Source: a virus
Taxonomy: Duplodnaviria; Caudoviricetes
IMG/VR virus record: IMGVR_UViG_3300020045_012128
Coordinates: 1-37,855 of that record
Direction: 5' to 3' (one strand)
Length of the DNA: 37,855 nt
The translations under genes and the position numbers were made by a program. The notes below the pieces were generated by a model. That model had not been told where the DNA came from, ran no database searches, and saw only the letters and a list, made by a program, of their open reading frames with translations. Below, in pieces: positions 27,846 through 34,597 of the stretch. Numbering within the stretch: the stretch's first letter is position 1; every line of letters begins with the position of its first letter.

Positions 27846-29355
27846 TGGTCATATCCTTAAGAGTTTTTACCATATACTGCATTGCCTCTATTTCTAAAGA
27901 TCTCTTTTTATCTTCATATAGAAAAGCAGAATCTAAACTAGCTTGTTTCCCCTTTTCTAAAAGCATAATATCTTTAATTTCTGTAACATCTTTCATCGTA
28001 TTTTCATTCGATGCTTCTATCATCTCATTATCAGTATCAATCTCTGCCATATCTTCTTCAGATATAAATATATCAGTTTGAAACCCGCCTTCAGCATATC
28101 TCTTTTTAAATAATAAAATTGGATCTACTCCTCGATCCATATATATTTGATCTGTTTGCGCTGCTAAAAGTCTATTTTTAGCTTCTTCATGTTCATTAGA
28201 TACTTTCAATGGTGCAAACGTCCAATCAAATGATTCTGGCTTATCATCCCATAGTTTTTGAGCTTCAAGCATTGTAATTAGCCAATCAATACATGGTTCT
28301 AATTCATCACATCTATAAGCTTCAGTCGTAATATTATCATTGTCTGAATCATCGTTGCCTGAGTTACCTAATCCTTTACTTGTAATACCAAATAATCTAG
28401 TCATTGATCTTCGTGCACAAGCAGCTATTTGCTCTTGTATTTTTTCTATAATATCGGATAGACCTGATACACTACTTGCATGTTTACTATAAGTTTCGTC
28501 TTGAGCATCAAGCATTACAGTATTAGAAATAGAACGAGTCATATCATTAATTTGTAATCTCTTTATTATCTCGCCTTCATTACCTGAACTTAATACTTCT
28601 GTAAGGTTATTAATGCTTATAGTTGTTTGAATAAAGTCTTGAGTTATTTCAGCTAATGCATTCATAGACTGGCCATAATTTCTTAATGGCTCATATAAAG
28701 ATTGAAGAACTGAGTCACCCCATTTTCCATTATTTATATAGTCTTGCATAGGGACTCTTTCTCCTGAGAACATATGCATACGACTTCTATGAACACGAAA
28801 TGGCTGTCCTGATGTCGGCATAATTGTATAAACTTCTACTTCCCCATAGTGTTCACTGTAGAAATCATTAGATATATCTTCAGGCATTGAGCTAAGTTGA
28901 TAACGATCATAAACTTGTAGACTTATAACCTTTTTTAAATTATCAAGATTTAATGGCTTATCCATAGATTGCCCGTCATCTACGAAAGCAACTAATACCG
29001 ATCCTCCAAATAATCTAGCCCAAGTTGCTGCATCTGTGATCTTTTGTTTTGAACTTATACGCTTCAATTCAGTTAACAAATCTTGATCTGCATTAATGAA
29101 TCCACGCATTGCATCATCAACTATCATATTAACAACTTGACGTGTTATACCATCATTTGCATACATTTTTACTAAGGTAGATTTATCTAATTTAGGTGAC
29201 CAAGCATAAGTCGTAGTATTTATTCGGCTATTTTGAGATCCAAGATTGGTAAGTAAATTACTCCATCCATCTCGTCTTACTACTTGACTATTAGGAATTT
29301 GAACTAAATTACTTGACTTTTTTTGATTTTTGTACTTACTACGTTTATTCGACAT
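27835..29355 (-). CDS. Portal protein (DUF1073-like)
   Basis: DG..N....LG, ARLFGG, VH.SR...F.G, WG.SVL, TRLFG....GL; follows TerL. Confidence 0.92.
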   Translation of the reverse strand: MSNKRSKYKNQKKSSNLVQIPNSQVVRRDGWSNLLTNLGSQNSRINTTTYAWSPKLDKSTLVKMYANDGITRQVVNMIVDDAMRGFINADQDLLTELKRISSKQKITDAATWARLFGGSVLVAFVDDGQSMDKPLNLDNLKKVISLQVYDRYQLSSMPEDISNDFYSEHYGEVEVYTIMPTSGQPFRVHRSRMHMFSGERVPMQDYINNGKWGDSVLQSLYEPLRNYGQSMNALAEITQDFIQTTISINNLTEVLSSGNEGEIIKRLQINDMTRSISNTVMLDAQDETYSKHASSVSGLSDIIEKIQEQIAACARRSMTRLFGITSKGLGNSGNDDSDNDNITTEAYRCDELEPCIDWLITMLEAQKLWDDKPESFDWTFAPLKVSNEHEEAKNRLLAAQTDQIYMDRGVDPILLFKKRYAEGGFQTDIFISEEDMAEIDTDNEMIEASNENTMKDVTEIKDIMLLEKGKQASLDSAFLYEDKKRSLEIEAMQYMVKTLKDMTNGQ

Positions 29356-29494
29356 GAAGTATAGTTAATTCTATTAATTTGAAATTAACTCATATTAAAA
29401 CATATCTAAACAAAAAATGCTAGATATTAATATATTAATTGACAAATTAAGAGTTCATTGTAGATGAGGAGTAATAAAATAGAAGAGAAAGAAT

Positions 29495-29531
29495 AAAAAA
29501 AGATAAGACATGATTTTACTATGTCTTATCT
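29495..29531 (-). terminator. Rho-independent terminator
   Basis: AGATAAGACAT (29501-29511)/ATGTCTTATCT (29521-29531) perfect stem followed on the minus strand by a U-run. Confidence 0.7.
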
Positions 29532-29584
29532 CCTATAACCAATCGCAACCCAGGTATTAATATTTGACTAAATTAAAAAGGTCA
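29495..29584 (-). ncRNA. Candidate small RNA 2 (about 90 nt)
   Basis: Own promoter upstream; 5' TGAC/GTCA hairpin; ends in an 11-bp hairpin plus U-tract; no substantial ORF seen. Confidence 0.5.
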
Positions 29585-29589
29585 GATTT

Positions 29590-29618
29590 AGTATAATGAA
29601 ATATAGATTACTAAGCAA
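29590..29618 (-). promoter_or_regulatory. Sigma70-type promoter for RNA 2
   Basis: TTGCTT (29618-29613)-17-TATACT (29595-29590). Confidence 0.6.
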
Positions 29619-29620
29619 GT

Positions 29621-29788
29621 AAAAAGGTGCGCAGTAAAAATACATGAATAAAAATACTGCGCAAAAGAGAATCGTCAACCCTAATTACTTAGAGTTGACG
29701 ACAACAAACAATCATGAAGTATATAAAACTTAGCCCCGGATCTTATACGTTAACCCCGCTAACATCTTCAACAAAAATAACAAGGTTA
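29621..29788 (-). ncRNA. Candidate small RNA 1 (about 165 nt, multi-hairpin)
   Basis: Promoter upstream; 13-bp stem 29672-29701 whose G-U pair and GUAA (GNRA) loop form only on the minus strand; terminal TGCGCAGTA/TACTGCGCA stem followed by CCTTTTT. Confidence 0.65.
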
Positions 29789-29793
29789 AAAGC

Positions 29794-29822
29794 ACAATAT
29801 AATCATAGTTAAATACTGTCAA
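29794..29822 (-). promoter_or_regulatory. Sigma70-type promoter for RNA 1
   Basis: TTGACA (29822-29817)-17-TATTGT (29799-29794). Confidence 0.75.
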
Positions 29823-29883
29823 CTATTTTATTTGATTTTTCTTTGTATTTTGTAATTTTTATATACTTTAGACTTATTTTTGT

Positions 29884-31089
29884 TTACCACGCATTTGCAA
29901 TGGTGTAATTAGAACCTTTTCGCTTACTTATTCTTTCAACTGCATATCTTAATGCGTCGATTAAGTGGTTGTTCGCATCTATAATAACTGGTGTAATATC
30001 TCCACTTCTTGCATCGACTTTATATGAATAGGTACTTAGTTCTTTGATCATGTATTCACATCTAGGATGTACCACGATTCTTTCAAATGATCTTAAGAAC
30101 GATATAAGATCTTCCACGCTCCCTTTACCCTTAACTGCTGGGTTAACATTATAACCTTGGTGTCTAAGAAATGAAATATTACCGGGGTTTGCGCTATCAC
30201 ATATAATTAATGATTTTTTAAATCCTTTTATTGCTTCCTCACATCCTCGCCCTATATTGTTAATCTCGACTTGTCTTTTATAATATTCATGACTTACATA
30301 TAAAGTATTATTTACTATATAACATCGAATAGCAGCTGTTGGATCAATAAACCCAAAGTCTAGACCATAATATGCATATATATTATCTGGCTCTTCAAAA
30401 TCATCTACAACCCATTTACCTTTGAATACAAGTGCATCAGAATGTTGTATAGGTTCTCCTTCCCATATATGACGATACATGTCAGGATCACCTTTAAGAT
30501 CTATTTGTCTTAAGTTTTCATTCTCTTGTGTAAAAAATGGATTATTATTCCAATTTACTTTTAATACTAATGAATTAGGGGGAGGTTCATTTATAACAAA
30601 TTTTTTATATATACAATCTTCTTTACTCTGAGGGTTCATACTAACCCATATCTGAGAACCTTCTTTTCTTATAGTGGGAAGTATAGTTCTCCAAGTTTCC
30701 TCACTTAAAGTAGCCGCTTCTTCGATCCAGACATGATCAATGTTAGTCATTGACTTAAGCCCTTCAACATTCATCTTTAATCCTGCGTAAAAAAACTTGC
30801 TACCGTTACGTTTACATATTATTTCATTTTGAAGTATACGAAATGCATCTGTCATTTCCATTTCTTCAATTGAGTCTTTTAAAAGCTGGTGCACTGAATG
30901 GTTCAACTGAACTAAATATTCACGTCCGCATAATATAAGTTGCTTTTTTTCGTAAGCCCTAGCTATAAGGGTTCTAGCAATAGTTGTTGACTTACCTGAT
31001 CCACGGCCACCAACTAGAATGTTATATCGATGATTAGATTGAATAACTTGTTTCCCCCATAAAGGAAACTTTATATTAGACTTTAACAC
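29884..31089 (-). CDS. terL: Terminase large subunit (PBSX/SPP1-like family)
   Basis: GGRGSGKS Walker A, WIEEA Walker B, GLDFGF and NHLIDALRYA nuclease motifs. Confidence 0.97.
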   Translation of the reverse strand: MLKSNIKFPLWGKQVIQSNHRYNILVGGRGSGKSTTIARTLIARAYEKKQLILCGREYLVQLNHSVHQLLKDSIEEMEMTDAFRILQNEIICKRNGSKFFYAGLKMNVEGLKSMTNIDHVWIEEAATLSEETWRTILPTIRKEGSQIWVSMNPQSKEDCIYKKFVINEPPPNSLVLKVNWNNNPFFTQENENLRQIDLKGDPDMYRHIWEGEPIQHSDALVFKGKWVVDDFEEPDNIYAYYGLDFGFIDPTAAIRCYIVNNTLYVSHEYYKRQVEINNIGRGCEEAIKGFKKSLIICDSANPGNISFLRHQGYNVNPAVKGKGSVEDLISFLRSFERIVVHPRCEYMIKELSTYSYKVDARSGDITPVIIDANNHLIDALRYAVERISKRKGSNYTIANAW

Positions 31090-31531
31090 GACTAGAATTA
31101 TATTCTTTTAGAGCATTAGAATAACATTCGAAGGCTTCCTCTTTAGTATTATGATTTTTTTGTAATAATAACTTTTTATCACGTACTAATCTTGCCATCC
31201 ATTTATTATTAGCTTTAACAAACGATATGCCAGCTAATCCAGATTTATTGCGTGATGATTTTTTGAATTCTATTAGATTAGAAGGATTAAGATTTGTTTT
31301 TATTCCGTCTAAATATGTGATATATGATGGCCAATATCCTCTTGTAAAAAAGAATATTATTCTTGATTTATAAACAAAATAATTATTAAGTTTAATCTTT
31401 AAGCATTTACCTTTACCGGCAATCTTACCTTTTTGGATCTTACGATTTATTGTGGTTTTCCAATATAGATTGGAATTTTTGTATTCTAAGAGTTGATTAA
31501 CTATACTAGTTAATTCCGTAGAGTTATACAT
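31076..31531 (-). CDS. HNH-AP2 homing endonuclease homologue, degenerate active site
   Basis: LYWK...GKIAG...GYWP..ITYLDG.KTN..PSNL...NKSG..GI......KW.A layout; ITY replaces IDH and KSR replaces AHR. Confidence 0.75.
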   Translation of the reverse strand: MYNSTELTSIVNQLLEYKNSNLYWKTTINRKIQKGKIAGKGKCLKIKLNNYFVYKSRIIFFFTRGYWPSYITYLDGIKTNLNPSNLIEFKKSSRNKSGLAGISFVKANNKWMARLVRDKKLLLQKNHNTKEEAFECYSNALKEYNSSRVKV

Positions 31532-31623
31532 ATTATTTTTGCTGAAAATGTTATCTCAGCAGTTTACAATAGTTAATCTAATTAATCAATGTAATATTTT
31601 TATATATTAATTGTTATATATTG

Positions 31624-32577
31624 TTATCTAATTTTCTCTGCTAAAGATTTGAACATATTAAGTGCTATTCTATTAATTACATTAATAGGCACACTATTAC
31701 CGAATTGTTTATAGGCTTGAACATCGGAAACTTTGATCAAAAAGCTATCAGGAAATCCTTGTAGGCGAGCGCATTCTCTAGGAGTTAGTTTTCGAGGGTT
31801 TAAACCATCCCCTTGATCAATTAAAATCTCGCTACCGTCTTTGTAGTATCTTGCAGATAATGTGCTTACATAAACGGATTTTTTAAAAAACAACCTATAG
31901 CCAAAACCATTGCCTTTGTGTTGGTGCTCAAGTTTTCTTCGCTGATGACCTATCCATAATTTATTTGAGATAGTATATTTATTATCTACTTCCTCAATAA
32001 GTATATCGCTAAGTATTGTTTGTTTGTTATCCGAGACCGGAAAATCAAAGTTTATATTATTATCTAAAAAACCTATTATAAAAAGCCTATCTCTATTTTG
32101 AGGTAAGCCAAAATCCTTAGAGTTTAGTATCTTATAATAAACTTTGTAACCAATATCTTCAAGAGCTTTTATAATAATTGAAAACGTCTTTCCTTTATCA
32201 TGACCTTTTAAATGTTTTACATTTTCTAATAAAAATGCTTTAGGTTTTTTATGCTTTATAATTTGCTCTATATTAAAAAATAACGTACCTCTTGTATCAT
32301 TAAAACCATTCTTAAGACCCGCTTGGGAGAATGGTTGGCACGGAAATCCAGCTAATAGTATATCATGGTTGGGGATTCTTGAAGGTTCTAAGTTATTTAT
32401 ATCGTTATGTATATCTACATTCCCGAAATTTGATCTATATGTAGTTTGACAGTGTTTGTCAATTTCACAGGTAAACATACATTCTATAGAGGCGCTAATC
32501 TTAGATGCTGCTTGTTCAAAAGCTAATCTAATACCACCAATACCTGCAAATAGATCTATTATTCTATATTGAGTCAT
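31624..32577 (-). CDS. DNA (cytosine-5) methyltransferase, orphan
   Basis: Motifs FAGIGG, GFPCQ, ENV, QNR.R, LTPRECARLQGFP, KQFGNSV; TRD TLSARYYKDGSEILI resembles Dcm/EcoRII/SsoII-type enzymes. Confidence 0.96.
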   Translation of the reverse strand: MTQYRIIDLFAGIGGIRLAFEQAASKISASIECMFTCEIDKHCQTTYRSNFGNVDIHNDINNLEPSRIPNHDILLAGFPCQPFSQAGLKNGFNDTRGTLFFNIEQIIKHKKPKAFLLENVKHLKGHDKGKTFSIIIKALEDIGYKVYYKILNSKDFGLPQNRDRLFIIGFLDNNINFDFPVSDNKQTILSDILIEEVDNKYTISNKLWIGHQRRKLEHQHKGNGFGYRLFFKKSVYVSTLSARYYKDGSEILIDQGDGLNPRKLTPRECARLQGFPDSFLIKVSDVQAYKQFGNSVPINVINRIALNMFKSLAEKIR

Positions 32578-32596
32578 AATTAATCTATTTATACTT

Positions 32597-33043
32597 TTAA
32601 ACGCTCTCTTTTACCTCTTTCATATTATCCTTAACATCTATGAACTCAATATAACGTTTAGGATATCTTTCATATTCAAGTTCATTCTCGCAGTCTATTT
32701 CTGATTCGCTTTTTTCTCTCCAACCACACTGAGTCTTTAGATAAAAGATCATAGCAGCTACATTGCCTGCATCTGCAGCCTCAATTAACTTACTTGCAAC
32801 AAATTCTCCTGCAAGAACCCTACCTTTTTTGTATACTAAATCAACTTCTGGCTGACGTTTTCTTATTTCTATAAACGTAGCATGTGATATGCCGAAGTAA
32901 TCGGCTATCTGATTTTGAGAGCATGTCTTGCTTAGTCTAGCTAAATCAACTAAGTCCTCTTTACTTAAAGTTTTAGTTCTACGACCACCTTTATCTTTTA
33001 TAGATATCTCTTCGGATGGAGAGGTTTGTTGTTTATCCTTCAT
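32597..33043 (-). CDS. Terminase small subunit (HTH type), probable
   Basis: GGR start, QIADYFGIS HTH, G.VAAMIFYLK...GWRE; upstream of TerL. Confidence 0.75.
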   Translation of the reverse strand: MKDKQQTSPSEEISIKDKGGRRTKTLSKEDLVDLARLSKTCSQNQIADYFGISHATFIEIRKRQPEVDLVYKKGRVLAGEFVASKLIEAADAGNVAAMIFYLKTQCGWREKSESEIDCENELEYERYPKRYIEFIDVKDNMKEVKESV

Positions 33044-33067
33044 TGTTCAATACTCTATATATATGTA

Positions 33068-33301
33068 TTAAACTCTTTTTTCTATAGATCCGAAAACGGG
33101 ATTTATATGTAAGTTTGATGCTACATATCCCTTACCATGATTCATATCTATTTTAACTGCTGACCCGAACATCTGCATGTATACATGTCTAGCGGCTTGA
33201 GGGATGGTCCATAATCTATTTTCTGCAAGTAATACTATTTGCTCGTAAATATGCGGCGGTACAGTTGTTGTTATTGGTATTTTTCTTTCAGCTTTAGCCA
33301 T
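33068..33301 (-). CDS. Ribbon-helix-helix (Arc/CopG-like) DNA-binding protein (start revised from 33367)
   Basis: AAGGA RBS before ATG 33301; KIPITTTV-PP-HIYEQIVLLAENR-LWT-IPQAARHVY fits a strand-helix-helix layout. Confidence 0.65.
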   Translation of the reverse strand: MAKAERKIPITTTVPPHIYEQIVLLAENRLWTIPQAARHVYMQMFGSAVKIDMNHGKGYVASNLHINPVFGSIEKRV

Positions 33302-33327
33302 TAGATCCTTTCTAATTAATTGGTTAA

Positions 33328-33367
33328 TTACAGTTTTTACAATAACTATAAAAACTGTAATAGTCAA
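33328..33367 (-). promoter_or_regulatory. Promoter with overlapping 12-bp inverted-repeat operator
   Basis: TTGACT (33367-33362)-17-TATTGT (33344-33339); TTACAGTTTTTA (33328-33339)/TAAAAACTGTAA (33349-33360) brackets the -10. Confidence 0.75.
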
Positions 33368-33511
33368 GCGTTTATAACCAAAATCCTTAAAAGCATACCT
33401 TTATATAAAATATTTATTGTAAGATTTCTATATATATGATAATTATTATAAATAATGATAATATTTATCATTAAATTACTAAATTTTAATTAAAGCAAAA
33501 ATGGTACAAAA

Positions 33512-33724
33512 ATGTTTAATATAATAGTGAAAATAATAAATGGCTTATGTTGTATAACGACTGCAGCTGCTCAGGCTCAAAGTGCAGTTAATTCTAGTTT
33601 ATGCTGTTTACCTGTAAAATGCGTTCTAGAGATAAAAGATTGCTATGATCATTGTAATTCAGATGTAACGCCTACAAATGACGTTCAAATGGCTGGTGCT
33701 CCTTCTGCCGAAATTATGGCATAA
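33512..33724 (+). CDS. Cys-rich 70-aa hypothetical protein
   Basis: Seven Cys including two CC pairs; standalone ORF followed by a terminator. Confidence 0.65.
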   Translation: MFNIIVKIINGLCCITTAAAQAQSAVNSSLCCLPVKCVLEIKDCYDHCNSDVTPTNDVQMAGAPSAEIMA

Positions 33725-33727
33725 TTA

Positions 33728-33805
33728 ATATCAAGGGTGGGGATAAATTGTCCCTATCCTTTCTCTTCTTCTTATCATTAATTCTAATGATTCAACTAAA
33801 AAGCG
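33728..33805 (+). repeat. 78-bp exact direct repeat, copy 1
   Basis: Identical to 37778-37855. Confidence 0.97.
33734..33770 (+). terminator. Rho-independent terminator
   Basis: AGGGTGGGGATA-aat-TGTCCCTATCCT stem (G-U pairs work on the + strand) followed by TTCTCTTCTT. Confidence 0.7.
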
Positions 33806-34530
33806 TAAAACTATCCTATAAATACCTCTTATTAGCTTAATATATAGTTAACAACTGTATAGAATCGCTATGAAAAAATATATAAATCGCTGTGAAACAC
33901 CGTGGAACTGTAAAATTGGTTAATTCGGGTTAAAGACCGTTAATCAAATCGGTAAAAAAGTGGGTAAAATCGACTATTTTTTGTGTATAACTTTGTCTGT
34001 TTATTAACAGCTGGCAATAAGATTTATATTATCATATAAAGATTAATGGTTAGCAATGATATGAAAAAATAAATAGTGATAAATCTTTCCAGTTATTAAC
34101 CATTGAAAAATCTAATATTTAAAGGCTAATTATCTAAAAATAGTATATATACTCTATGTTTCACGGATATAGTTAAAATATTAACTATATTTTTAATATC
34201 CTCCCTTAAATGCTAATATTACCTAGCTAACACCCACTTAAAATTACGCATTTTGGTCACTTAGTTTATGCTTATAAACTGTTCTGTAACTATATGGTTT
34301 TTCCACGGTTGCTATGCGTAATAGGTTAGACCTATGTTTCACGGTTTTTTAGCTTATTTATTAATTTTACTACTATTACTACTACCCCCCCTCCCTACTT
34401 AAAAAAAGACTAGTTAGAGTAGAATGTAATAGTTAATTTTTAAGAAAATAATATAGAGAGTAGAAAAACGTGTTTTTGCTAGGGGTGGGGTGTAAACCTA
34501 TAAAAAATATAGTCAAAAAAATTAAAAATC
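33806..34530. other. Candidate replication origin
   Basis: Long ORF-free stretch directly upstream of the primase-helicase with direct repeats (CTATGTTTCACGG twice), palindromes and C/G tracts. Confidence 0.55.
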
Positions 34531-34533
34531 AAA

Positions 34534-34568
34534 ATAAGATTGCATCTTATATCGTAAAATATTATGGT
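34534..34568 (+). promoter_or_regulatory. Primase-helicase promoter with palindrome over the -35
   Basis: TTGCAT (34540-34545)-17-TATGGT (34563-34568); ATAAGAT-tgc-ATCTTAT (34534-34550). Confidence 0.55.
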
Positions 34569-34597
34569 CGAATCTCAACAAAAATAACGAGCCAATC

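Noticed and set aside
916-28081. Short opposite-strand ORFs in the track (e.g. 916-1308, 1693-1923, 2814-3011, 7078-7365, 8019-8306, 10513-10806, 24823-25122, 25309-25710, 27845-28081)
   Set aside because: They lie antisense within well-supported genes and have no motifs of their own; shadow ORFs.
27835-29355. Possible automated label as anti-CBASS Acb1 family
   Set aside because: Position and motifs are those of a DUF1073-type portal; I see no paired HxT/S 2H-phosphoesterase domain.
29374-29389. CtrA-consensus site TTAA-N7-TTAAC upstream of the portal gene
   Set aside because: An exact match in a suggestive place, but one or two such hits are expected by chance in 38 kb this AT-rich, and I did not find it at other late promoters.
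29353-29723. 11-nt repeat CATGAAGTATA at the portal start (29353) and inside RNA 1 (29713), and the 8-codon ORF MIVCCRQL
   Set aside because: Same strand as the portal mRNA, so not antisense; no clear RBS; cannot be separated from chance.
29356-29883. CRISPR mini-array, tRNA or group I intron in the terL-portal gap
   Set aside because: No repeated unit with spacers, no cloverleaf with a T-loop motif, and neither flanking gene is interrupted.
126-32577. Restriction-modification pair (methyltransferase with VRR-NUC or HNH)
   Set aside because: VRR-NUC is a distant, standard replication-module nuclease and the HNH lacks catalytic residues.
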